From: Eledone cirrhosa
Taxonomy: Eukaryota
Direction: 5' to 3'
NCBI GenBank assembly: GCA_964016885.1
Contig: OZ024740.1
Coordinates: 190,588,001-190,652,000, forward strand
DNA length: 64,000 nt
Within the stretch, counting starts at the first letter, position 1; each line of letters opens with the position of its first letter. The notes beneath the pieces were generated by a model. That model searched no databases and had not been told where the DNA came from. It worked only from the letters and a program-made list of their open reading frames with translations. Position numbers and translations under genes: made by a program. Below are positions 13,516 to 28,840 of the stretch, piece by piece.

Positions 13516-14093
13516 GTATTTAACCACACATTCATCATCCCTACTTACCTATATCACGATGAAGTGCCCTAGTTTACAAAGAAAGTGCATTATATGGAAC
13601 ATCATTTAGTTAGTGAAATGCATGTTGATGCTATTATGCGTCGACATAGATCTAAACAGGGAAGGTGTGTATATATGTATAGAAAATATCGATTGGATTA
13701 TATATCTATATCTATATTTCAGTATACTGAAAATGTGTCACAAATGTAAAATAGCACATCTGTGTCGCGTTTCTCGCTATTTACAGGGTGTTTGAAGTTG
13801 CACGGCAAAGTAGATATATAAATGCAGGGAAGTTAGTTCCAGCTATAAAGACACCATTCTCTTGAGTATTCAAAATGAATTTCATCTGAAAACATTATTT
13901 ATGCAGAATAATATTGAAAATGCCCCTAAACTGCACACACTACTTGCATAATCTCTACATGTAGAGTGGATGAAATTTCTCTCTCTGTTACACATCCACG
14001 TTAATATCCGTACAATCTTACACAGACTTATACACACAGATTAAACAGACACACACACACGCATACACATACCAGCATTAAATACACACACTA

Positions 14094-14146
<53 letters not shown>

Positions 14147-14280
14147 TATATATAGAGAGAGAGAGATATGGATAGATGTAAATATACATACATATATATG
14201 TATATATGTATATATATAATTATATATATATATATATATTTATATATATTTATTATGTATATATATTTATTTATCATATA

Positions 14281-14391
<111 letters not shown>

Positions 14392-16395
14392 TGCTATGTC
14401 TACCAGCTAACAATCATTTGAATATTCCTCTCTTTAACGCAGGTGGTTTGCGTATTCTAGCATATATGAATGCAACGAACTTACATGTATATAGATGTTC
14501 AATTTAGCTATAATTATAATTATAGTGGCGCCATCTCTACTTTGAATGGAAGAGAAAGCGTCAATGTAAATGAAATGAAGATTGCACGAAATTATATACA
14601 TTTCTTGTGTATCAGAACAATGGAAAATATGGTTTGTAATTCTGAAATCTAAGCGAGGATTTCAGATACTTGATGTGCTTGATAATGGTGTTTAAACAAA
14701 GGAAATCATTTTCCAGAATCCTAAACGGACTTAGCATTTATCAGTTTGTTCTCTGAATATACGTCACTAACGATGCATTGTCTAAAGAGTACGAGCAGCG
14801 AAGCAAATGTTCGGAGAGAATCAATACTGTCTGTATTATACAGCTTCAGTATAGAATAGCATCTCGTATTATAAATGAACATGACGGGAGTCATATTTTG
14901 CAATTCCGAAATCTTATATTCGTTACGCTTCCCATTCCTACTATTAATATAGCTTTCATATTTTACAAACGTGTACACTACACTTGCATAATAATTATGA
15001 ATACGTGACATAATAATGAGTGTAGCAATTACTGAATCCGTAGGATTATTATTCATACACACACCTCAAAGTCGCGCACAAACACCCGCACACACACTCA
15101 CGTACACACACCCACACACCCACATACACATAGTGATTGTTTAAAAAAGTTTGCAACATGAGATGTAGAATTTATAACTTCAAATGATTTGGGAATAACA
15201 GTCATTATAATAAATAGTTTATGGGAAGATAAATAAACCTACATTTAAATCAAACCCTGAATTACTGAGACAATGTAATGGACCATTGGAATATATATAT
15301 GCATATGAACACTTGTCGGATTTCATGTACTTTATTCGGCTTTCACCAATATACTGTAAAATAATTTGTGATTTTACCATTTTACTTCATGAAATAAGTT
15401 CGGATGCAGCCTAATGTAGTTCTTTTATTGTTCTTATGTGCTTTTTTTCTAGTGGTAAATTTGGTAGTTACGACGTTGTGTATTAGACATCAAGATACGT
15501 TATAGCAAAATAAGACCAAAGAAATACGATTATAATCGTACTTCTTTTGTCTTATTTTGAATGGTCAAAAACATATACATAGAGAAGAAATATTACTATA
15601 TCATTTTATGGACACATGGTTATGAAGGCCGTAAATTGTTTTATAGAGAAAATAAAATTTTTAGGGTTTACTATAAAAAAAATTGGCATATTAATGAAGG
15701 AAATAACTATATAATAATTACACATCCTAAATATATCTGTAAATAACAATGGCTCTGATTTAGTGTCAAAGGGTTGAAACATAGTGTCTACAAACATTTT
15801 TTTTACATTTTCAGACACATGAAGCAAGTGCATCAGTATTGTAAACGATGATATTAAAAGCTAATACCAGATATTTGCTGATACCTACCATACTAGAAAG
15901 AGAGCGTGGGAAAAATTGTATAATTTAAATGAAAAGGCAGAGTTGTCTCTGATCGAGTTTATTTAATTACATATAAAAATGAGAAAAAAATCATCGCTAA
16001 ATGCTTTCAAAGACAGCGATGGGCAAAACTGCTTCAGAGGATAAGCATCCAGAGACAAGCATCATAGACAAGCATCCAGAAACCGTCAGAGAGTCAATCT
16101 ACAAGTCGGAGGGACATGCAGATGAAATATAATGGCTCAGAGCACAGCGGTTAGTGTTCAGCAGAGTGATAATCTTCAAGGTGAGAGACAGGCAGATGAA
16201 ACATATAAAAGATTGAGATTTAAATAATAAATGACGTGCTGCCATCATAAAGATACGCAAATACATCATAGCCATTCCGCTTTAAAGGGTACAATCTATT
16301 GCCAAAGTACGCACGCAGGTACAGACACACAGACACACATATACACACATGCACTCACACATACATATATATACACATACACAGACGAACACATG

Positions 16396-16431
<36 letters not shown>

Positions 16432-16526
16432 GACACACATATATATATATATATATGTATATATACAATACATTAACAGAGAAAGATGTAAGCAATACTC
16501 CGACCGGCTTCCGTCTCACTCAATAA

Positions 16527-16804
16527 ACATTAGGATATACCGTAGGATAATCCCAAAACATTAGAATATACCGTAGTATAATCCCAAAACATTAGAATAT
16601 ACCGTAGTATAATCCCAAAACATTAGAATATACCGTAGTATAATCCCAAAACATTAGAATATACCGTAGAATAATCCCAAAACATTAGAATATACCGTAG
16701 TATAATCCCAAAACATTAGAATATACCGTAGTATAATCCCAAAACATTAGAATATACCGTAGTATAATCCCAAAACATTAGAATATACCGTAGTATAATC
16801 CCAA
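16527..16804. repeat. 31-bp minisatellite, ~9 copies
   Basis: Unit acattagaatataccgtagtataatcccaaa, nearly identical, no spacers. Confidence 0.95.
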
Positions 16805-16884
16805 TTATACGTTTGGGGTGCTAACTATACGTATGTTGCGGATAGCCAGTTGTATTGTTTTATATGAGACATAATTAAAATACA

Positions 16885-16948
<64 letters not shown>

Positions 16949-16951
<3 letters not shown>

Positions 16952-17249
16952 CCAAGGCTAAATAGCGATTCCTATCATACTGAACTTTCAGCTGCTTCCT
17001 CATCACAGTGTGAACAGACAAGAGATAGTTAGCAACATTATTATTGAAAATCTACTTCGGTATTGAGCTTATCTTATTGTGTATCCACATGTAGTTGATG
17101 GATGAGAGGTACACAATAAGATAAGCGTACTCAAAACCGAAGTAGATTTTCAATAATAATTTTGCTAACTATCTCTTGTCTGTTGACACTGTGGTGAGGA
17201 AGCACGTGAAAGTTCAGTATGACAGGAATCGCTATTTAGCCTTAGGTAA
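16949..17249. repeat. Foldback inverted repeat (~135 bp arms)
   Basis: 16949-17084 is the imperfect reverse complement of 17108-17249. Confidence 0.9.
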
Positions 17250-17252
17250 GGA

Positions 17253-17295
17253 ACGGTGAACTAGTTTCTAGCTTATTAGCTGTCATCAGCACCGT
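17253..17295 (-). ncRNA. Intact minimal type I hammerhead ribozyme (family B)
   Basis: Minus strand: acggtg-CTGATGA-c agct aata agct a-GAAA-ctag-TT-caccgt; perfect stem I, palindromic stem III. Confidence 0.85.
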
Positions 17296-17552
17296 ATACC
17301 TTCTTGTCAGTCGATTGAACGTTTGACATATAATAAGCTAGAAACTAGTTCATCGTTCCTTTGTCAGTGTTGAACGATGGTTGCCTAACACTGTAGGGCT
17401 TCATTCGGGCAGTTTGTTTACAAACAAATCGAACTTTATAATAAATGTTCGGTAAACCCATACGTACATATATATATATATGTGTGCATGTATTTATGTA
17501 TATACATACTACTGTTCGCATGTATACATATATATATATGTACGTATAGATA

Positions 17553-17587
<35 letters not shown>

Positions 17588-17596
<9 letters not shown>

Positions 17597-17970
17597 TAAA
17601 CGGAATAGAAAATGCTGACAAATTGTTCACAGTTGAAAAATGGTTTAATTAGGAATAAAAGAGTATTAGTGATTGTATGGGTTAGTATTCAGTTGTGGTT
17701 TTAAGTTTTTAAGTTTTTACCGGTTGCGCATTTCTAAATGCTTTTCAAAAATAATTTTGAGATAGAGTGTCCGTCAAACAGCACGGACACTCTATCTCAA
17801 AATTATTTTTGAAAAGCATTTAGAAATGCGCAACCGGTAAAAACTTAAAAACTTAAAACCACAACTGAATACTAACCCATACAATCACTAATACTCTTTT
17901 ATTCCTAATAAAACCATTTTTCAACTGTGAACAATTTGTCAGCATTTTCTATTCCGTTTACCAATATATA
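17588..17970. repeat. Near-perfect palindrome (~185 bp arms, 8 nt loop)
   Basis: Arms meet at gtgtccgt-caaacagc-acggacac; flanked by (TA)n; each arm has an HHR-like TTGAAAA..GCAA-ccgg-TA motif. Confidence 0.95.
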
Positions 17971-17999
17971 ATAACTTGTGTGTTACACCTCTATTCTTT

Positions 18000-18102
<103 letters not shown>

Positions 18103-18204
18103 ACTAAATAACAGTAAAATGGAAATATCCAAGGGTAAGTCCACTCACACCTTAGGACGAGTTTAGTATAAATATTTACGTCAGTGACATAAACACATGA
18201 ACAG

Positions 18205-19160
18205 GTACTCAAGATTCGTTGGGTTCTGGGCCCCAGCTTATTCAGCCTGTCATGAGAAAATTAATAACAAAGATGGCCGCCTAGTGTTGATTATGCCTTC
18301 CCTTTAGGAATACGTCTAATAAAAGTTGAAACAAGAGCAGGTAATTTAGAAATTATTTAGTAAGATATATTTTTTTAATAATCATAAATTACAGTTGCTC
18401 ATGTAGAAGACCTGAAACATGTCCACGAAACCAACAATGCAACACTCTGGTGGTGATAAACAAAATAGAGGTTAGTTCCACCAAGTAGACCCAACAAACC
18501 TCGACCTATGTCCGTATGTCCAAGACCCAGTTTAAAATCCAGTACCTTAATCTTGAAACAACATTCAGATATCACGATAAAGAAACATGCCGTACAGCTC
18601 GCAAATCATATATGAAGCCTTAAGAAAAACTGCAGGCCTTTTTCCCTCAAATGGAACATTTAAAAAATATTTACCACTTACGTGAATGGGGCTACATTTT
18701 GTCGACTTTGTAATTCTGAAAAATGGTAAATACTCTCACAATTAGCATCAGATAAGCAGTGCCTAGACGCATGGTTTGATTGCTTTCGCGAGTTTCCCCA
18801 CGAGAATAAGTATATTTTGAGTAAATGACGTAGTCCTCACTAACAGGTCTAGAAATGTACGTTGATTTACTGATTATTTTTTATATCAGTGAAATTCGAA
18901 ACTTTGAGTCAACTAGAGAAAATTATTAAAAGTTAGCTGTGGTCCCTCAAGAGTTACTCCCCTGATCTTACCTTCTAATTATAAAAAAAAAGAACTCCTT
19001 CTTTTTAATTGATTTTTAAATTACCTGCCTTTGTTTAAACTCATATGAAATATTCCTGACGTGATAGCACAATAAACCCAATGCCGTAATCTTTGTTTTT
19101 TTATTTTTCTCATGACTGGCTGAATGCTTTGTGGCCCAGAACCCAGCAAAACTGAGGCAC
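18205..19160 (+). mobile_element. Degenerate truncated PLE with inverted 5' pLTR
   Basis: GIY-YIG-like remnant TYVRMSKTQFK..ANHI*SLK..KWNI..CRLCNSEK (18500-18740); diverged inverted arms 18205-18360/19005-19160; HHR remnant 18861-18913. Confidence 0.65.
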
Positions 19161-19253
19161 TGTTGTAATATTGTATATATATTTATATATATAATGAGTA
19201 TGATATAATATATCTCCTATAAACAAATTTTATCTATGTTTCATTTAATCTAT

Positions 19254-19339
19254 TCTCTCCCTGATGATGCCCATGAATTATATGTTACAAACACAATTCT
19301 CAGGACGAAACAGATTAAATCCATAATCTGTCCGGGAGA
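19254..19339 (+). ncRNA. Type I hammerhead ribozyme with full stem III
   Basis: tctctcc-CTGATGA-stem II-GAAA-cagatt aaatccat aatctg-TC-cgggaga; GUC cleavage triplet; one mismatch at the base of stem I. Confidence 0.8.
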
Positions 19340-19724
19340 TGTAAGTCGGTCTGTATGTATTTTATTTTATTTTACTGTATGTATATTCCGCTTGCGTCTG
19401 ATGAAATTTCTCAAACAAATGTGGTATTTCAACCCGTCATAGTTTTAGACACACGATTTACTGTGTTTATTACTACATATATTATTGAAATACTCAGTAT
19501 TTATACTTCGAGCTTGTTAATTACAGGGTATCAGTATGAGTTATTAACTCTGCATTTTATGTGTATATGAATATATATATTTATATACATATATTAAATT
19601 TGTCGATCGACAGTGTTCAAATCGGAGCGAGGAAAGAATGTCTCCGATGGTCTTTCCAATTTCTATTATTATATATCGGTTGCAACTCCAGTTAGAAAGA
19701 GCAACGTTAAATAAAGTTTCTTGC

Positions 19725-20117
<393 letters not shown>

Positions 20118-21370
20118 GTTTCTTTTCCATTCACTGAATTATTTTTGTTTGAGATCCCTGTGTCCGCCTATCGCCTGGGATCTTAGCAGAGAATTGATTC
20201 CCCGATGAAGAAAGGAATTCTCCATGGTTTTGACACTATGTATATCCCCTTTCAGAAACTAATTAGTTGGAGTGAAACTTAAGTAAGTAAGTTAATTATT
20301 ATAATTTTCTTATTTTACGTCTTTCATATAATTGTTCTACATTTGTGTATTGAACCACAAAGTTACTATGACAAAACCTATATTCTGCTAGCGAAAGTAT
20401 ACTTCTGTATAAATATGTTGGTAGATATACTAATTCTTTATAATTATCTCCAAATTATTTTTTGAGCCAAAATTCGACTGAATTACTGCTATGAGTCATA
20501 GTAATATTTTTGCTACTGTCTTTTTAACACCCCACTCCTCACTGATTAACCTCGATGTCACGTGATTGATTCTTTTGAATTTGCCACTGACCGGGAAGGT
20601 AGTGAAATTTCAGTTTCTTGAAATCTAGTCCGCGCTTGCTTCTTTTCCATTCACTCAATTATTTTTGTTTGAGATCCCTGGGACCGCCTATCGCCTGGAA
20701 TCTTGCAGAGAATTGACTCCATGATGAAGAAAGGAATTCTCCATGGTTTTGTACACTATGTATATCCCCTTTCAGAAACTAATTATTTGGAGTGAAACTT
20801 AAGTAAGTTAATTATTATAATTTTCTTATTTTACGTCTTTCATATAATCGTTCTACATTTTTGTATTGAACCACACAGTTACTAAGACAAAACCTTTATC
20901 TTGCTATCAAAAGTATACTTCTGTATAAATATGTTGGTAGATATACTAATTCTTTATAATTATCTCCAAATTATTTGTTGAGCAAAAATTCGCCTGAATT
21001 ACTGCTATGATTCATAGTAATATTTTGGCTACTGTCTTTTTAACACCCCACTCATCACTGATTAACCTCGATGTCACGTGATTGATTCGTTTGAATTTGC
21101 CACCGACCAAGTAGGCAGTGACTTTTTCAATATCTTGGAATTTAGTCCACGCTTGCTTTTTTCCATCCACTGAATTATTTTTGTATAAGTTCCCTGTGTC
21201 CACGCATCGCCAGGGATCTTAGCTGAAAACGACTTCCTGATGACGAAAGGGCTTCTGCATGTTTTATATTTGCAAACCATGTTTATTCCCTTTCAGAAAC
21301 TAATTAGTTGGAGTGAAATTTTAGTATGGAAGTTAATTTTTATAATTTTCTTATTATACGTCTTTCATAT
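20118..21370 (+). mobile_element. Tandem ~520 bp HHR-bearing repeat (~2.4 copies), retrozyme/pLTR-like (family A)
   Basis: GAAA-ctaatta(g/t) at 20255, 20775, 21296 (period 520/521); third HHR (21232-21314) has intact CTGATGA; no ORF. Confidence 0.85.
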
Positions 21371-21615
21371 ATGTATATATACTTCTTTCATATATGTATA
21401 TATTCGGGCTGTTTGTTTGTTTACAAACAAACAAACCGAGCATTATAATGATTGTTCGGTAAACCGATACGTGCATATATATATGTGTGCATGTATGTAT
21501 ATATATATACATACTACTGTACGTCTCTATACATATATATATGTACGTATACATACATACTTGCATTTAATTAACTGACGTACTAAGACTGAAAAATGAA
21601 ATTTCCTTTCATTTT

Positions 21616-21780
<165 letters not shown>

Positions 21781-22336
21781 ATATATCGTAGGGTCGCCAA
21801 ATGCAATTTACTCCAGGAAAGTAGGGGTTTATCGTTGCTTTTGTTTTCGCGTATTCCTCAATTCGCCTGATCGCAAAACTATATATGGACAAATTGACAA
21901 TTATATTATTCATGCATCCCTATATCATTTTGGATATACGTACTGCATGTATTGTTAGTATTTTGGGGTATTTCTTGTGTGTGTTTGTGTATTTTATATC
22001 TTTATTTTGGGGGTTTTTGTTCCGTGTGATAGAAATACTAACTATGTACCCGCCTAACTACTACCTTTCATACTGTAATTTACCCTCCGTTCTACTGTAC
22101 GGTACTATCGTTCAGTGTAGATAAGATATCTATAACATAGATTCCCCCTTTCGAAACTTCTAACTTAAACATCTCCCTACTTATTAGTTAGTATATATGC
22201 ATATATTTGTTTACTCACTTCAATCTGGATTCTCTCAATTTTTTTAATTTTTGATTACAGATTTTTTATTTTTTTAGTTTTAGTTTTAATTTCCACCTCT
22301 CATTCATAGTTTCAACTGTGAAACTATTATACCTAG

Positions 22337-23455
22337 AATTAAGTATATTTTCTCTTAGACGTTGATGGTAAATTCTACTGTACATGCTTAATTTAGGGTA
22401 GTATTGAGACCTATTGACACTCATACTCTCCCAACCCCACTAGCTTTCGGCTGACTCCCACTGGCGGTATGGCTAGCAGTAAGCTATATATTACAGGCCT
22501 GAATAGGGTCATTGTTTGGATGAGAGGGGGAACTGCCTAGCCGAATTTCGTAGAAATCTGCGGTAGTTGATGGTCAACTTCCTTCGGACCTGCGCCTGCG
22601 CAGACCGGTGGGGGTGAATTGGTACTCACAAGGGAACGGGCGAAGAACCCAAGAGCACACGCTTTGTCCGTTCCCATGACGATTTAATTTGGATTGCATC
22701 GGAAAAATAACCTTATTATGTAACAAGCTGTCTGACGATGTTGCGGTACTGGCGCACGGAACCCTGTTGCCACTGTCACCATTGAAATATTTAACACAGC
22801 ATTATCATTAAAGGACTTTAACATCTGAAACTTCGCTTTTTCATATTCGATATATACTCCGTCACTCCTATGTGGAATAAGTACGTTGAGTGCTTCAATT
22901 GAATGGCATCAATATTTACTTTAAGAATTTAGCTATTTAATCTAATTAAGCATATTTTATCTTAGAGGTTGATGGTCAATTCTACTGTGCATGCTTAATT
23001 TAGGGTAGTATTGAGACCTATTGATACTCATACTCTCCCAACCTCACTAACTTTCGGCTGACTTCCACTGGCGGGGTGGTTAGCAGAAAGCTATATTATA
23101 AAGGCCTGAAGAATGTCATTGTTTGGTTGAGAGGGTGAACTGCCTAGGCGATTTCATATAAGTCTGCGGTAGTTGATGGTCAACTTCCATCGGACCTGCG
23201 CCTGCGCAGACCGGGTTGTGAATTGGTACTCACAAGGGAACGGGCGAATAACCCAAGAGTACACGCGTTGTCCGTTCCCACGTCGATCCAATTCGGATTG
23301 CCTCGGAAATACAACTTATTATGTAACAAGCTGTCTGGTGATGTCGCGGCACTGGCGCAAGGAACCGTGTGGCCACTGTCGCCATTAAAATATGTATCAC
23401 AGCATTATCTTTAAAGTACTTTAACACCTGAACCTACTTCGCTTTTTCTTATTCG
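22337..23455 (+). mobile_element. Tandem ~607 bp HHR-bearing repeat (~1.8 copies)
   Basis: gttgatggt at 22361/22968; HHR remnants 22727-22800 and 23330-23403; conserved hairpin gggaacgggcgaa..ttgtccgttccc. Confidence 0.8.
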
Positions 23456-23459
23456 CTCG

Positions 23460-23503
<44 letters not shown>

Positions 23504-23736
23504 GAAGCTTGTTTCCTTCCTTCTACGGTTAGCTCTACTCTTTGTTGTTTTCCTGTCTCACTCGCTTTACGCGTTTTAATTGTCCTAATAACTTAATTTA
23601 GTTATTATTGCACCGAAGAGAGGTATATGATTTTTAATGAAATGAAATATCTATGATCGTCGGCAAATCACTGATGAGGGAGTTATTTTATTACATGTTA
23701 TCCATGTGCTACCAGCAGTATTTTTCTCCACATTTT

Positions 23737-24018
<282 letters not shown>

Positions 24019-24120
24019 AAATTGAGGTTGGTAATGGCACATGGAATATATAAGAGACAGAATACTTTTTTGTGAAAAAACATAATTTTATAAGGTAAGG
24101 TAATAATAAAGGGTATAAAA

Positions 24121-24167
24121 AATGACCGGTTTCGATGGGTCTGCAAAAGCCATCTTTTCAAATGTTG
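24121..24167 (-). ncRNA. Hammerhead-like motif, U3:A8 core variant
   Basis: Minus: TTGAAAA-gatgg..ccatc-GAAA-ccgg-TC; weak stem I. Confidence 0.55.
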
Positions 24168-24411
24168 ATTAATATTAAGAAAAATTAATAATACGAAGAG
24201 TTAAAATTTGAGACTTGAAAATTCAAGTATAAAATTCATTGTGGGATTTCATAGCAGTTTTCATCTTGGTAGCAACAACAGGTTGTATCTATAATAATGA
24301 CTCCAGTTCCCCAGTGAATTAACAACCCAGCAAGGAACTGGGCATATCAGAGTATTGACAATATCATACACCTAAACAACATATGTACTTGTCTATACCA
24401 TACTAATTCAA

Positions 24412-24476
24412 ACTGCCTGAAGAGGTCACAGCCAAAGATGGCTGTCACTGAAATATATATAGCAGTAATAAACGAA
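24412..24476 (+). ncRNA. Intact type I hammerhead ribozyme
   Basis: actgc-CTGAAGA-ggtcacagcc aaagat ggctgtcact-GAAA-tatata-TA-gcagt. Confidence 0.85.
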
Positions 24477-24607
24477 GCTAAATTTTAATCATTTGACTTT
24501 TATTTAACTTTATTTTACACTACTCCGGAGTAACCAAACCAACCTGCGCACTTCGTCGAGTGCTCCAGCCTGCATACTGAGGTGTTGGTATACAACCAAC
24601 ATAAACT

Positions 24608-24675
<68 letters not shown>

Positions 24676-24681
24676 TTTATA

Positions 24682-24718
<37 letters not shown>

Positions 24719-25689
24719 GATAAAGAAACATCATTATAGATAATCCAATTAGAGTTTATGAATACTTCTTATTATGGATAGTTTTAGCGTACGGCTTTGC
24801 TTGACTCAACAAGAGATTTACGTAGATGACGAGTTTATGATTTCACTTGTATTCCTATGTAAGTTTATCTTGGTGTAATAACATTGAAAAAGTGGAGAAT
24901 ATTATGGTCAACAGTACAAAAAATGGGTTTTATTTGCAATCTAACAATAGTTTCACTGATAGAGTTGTCTGGAAATTGCTGAACACTAAAAGAAAGTGCT
25001 ACTCAATTTTAAATACGACGTTAACTCTATTAGATCTTCGGAAATTATTAAAACAATATATATGTAACCGGCAAATTTACAAATTCATATTACATCATCA
25101 ATAATAAAGATATAGAGAGAAAAGGAAGTTGAAAGGGACATTGATACAGTAAAGAAAGAAAGGAAAGGAAGGAGAAAGAAGGAGAAGGAAAAAGAAAAAA
25201 GAAAAAGAAAAAGAAAAAGATAAAGAAGAATGAAAAAGGTAATTATTATAGATACAAATATAAAGAGAAGATATATAGAAGATGATGGTAGATAGAGGTC
25301 AGACAAACATGATTAGAAATAACGTTGGACAGAAAGAGAAATAGAGAGACAAATAAATGAATAGACGTTAATACGTGAATAAATGTAAATAAAAATAAAA
25401 GTAGATATATAAAAAATAAATGAAAATATATATTAAAAAAAATATAAAAAGAGTTTCCGAAGATCTAATAGAGTTAACATCGTATTTAAATTTGAGTGGT
25501 ACTGCTTTTAGTGTTCAGCAATTTTTAGACAACTATATCAGTGAAACAATTGTTCACTGCACATACACCCCCTTTTTTTGTACTGTTGACCATGTTATTC
25601 TCCACGTTTTCAAAATGTTCGGGCTGATTGTCCCCTATCCGGGAAATGCCTCTATAGTAACATTGTCTACAAATGTAAGGTTGTAACAC

Positions 25690-27428
<1,739 letters not shown>

Positions 27429-27499
27429 TTTATAATAATTTCAAACCCGCCCGCTGTTTCGAAAATATTCTTACATATATATATATATATTTTTTTTAT

Positions 27500-28346
27500 T
27501 TTATAGAAGGAGCTTCTACAGGACTAGTACTGTTTCATTCAGATGAAATTTTCAGGAAGCTGGGTGTCATATTAAATTCTGGTATTTATACATTTAGGTA
27601 GTGGTAAGGGAGGGTAGGTGGCTGGAGGGGATGGGGGGGGGAGATGGTATTTAGATACACAGGACCACAACCTGGCACAGGCTGTTTTTTCTTTGGGGAG
27701 TGGTCGATTACCCAGAGTGCTTTTTTGAAATAAATAAATAAGTATATAAATAAATAAATGAATGAATAAATAAATAAATAAAAAAATAAATAAATAAATA
27801 AAAAATAAAAATACAAATAAAAATAAAAATAAAAATAAAAATAAAAATAAAAATAAATAAATAAATAAAAACCCCCAAAATAGTAACTCAACAGATATAT
27901 AGTAGGGACATTTTTTTAGGTGCGTTGGTAATAGAAGGTAAACAGGACCGAATCATGGCACAGACTGAGGTGAGTGGTCAAGTGAACATACAAGCCACAG
28001 GTGGCCAGATTATTTCTGTAGGATGGAAATAAAATATATTTACACACTCACAATCACATACATAAACACTTACACACACATATATTTAAATGCATACCTT
28101 TACGTGTACACACACATATATATATATATACATATATTTACACACATATATATATATATATACACATACACACGTGCGTATACACATACATATATATATA
28201 TATACATACACACATACATGTATGTATGTCTCTCAGTATAAACTATACTATACATACACATACATACATATGCACACACATACATACACTACGTACACAC
28301 AATCACATACATACACACATATATACACATACACATATACACACAT

Positions 28347-28403
<57 letters not shown>

Positions 28404-28805
28404 CACATATACATACACAAGCACACACGCATACATACACATACATAAATACAAATAAGTACACATACATAAATACAAATAAGTACACATAAACGTATAT
28501 GCTCAAACACGCACTCGTTCGCACACATACATGTGTCTATAATATAATGGGAAAGGGTAGTGGGACAATTTTAAAATTGTTAAATATTAAACTGGGCCTC
28601 ATAGAGGATTAAAATAATTAATATCACTACTAAGTTATTAATATTATCAAGTAATTAATTACTATTTATTATTTACCATTCACTATTCGTTACCTATCTC
28701 TTATCTTTTATCTATTCATTACCTAATCATTCACTCATTAATTAATAAATAAATGAATGAGTTAACTAACAAACAAACACACAAACAGATAAACAAATAA
28801 GCAAG

Positions 28806-28840
<35 letters not shown>

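Noticed and set aside
13770-13970. Possible Tc1/mariner remnant (also 51350-51760)
   Set aside because: Only vague similarity by eye; no TIRs or DDE motif recoverable
16527-16804. CRISPR-like 31-bp repeat array
   Set aside because: No spacers, no cas genes, eukaryotic context
17186-17220. GTG(A/G)TGA..GAAA in the 16949 foldback arms
   Set aside because: G3 not compensated at position 8, weak stems II and III; at most a remnant
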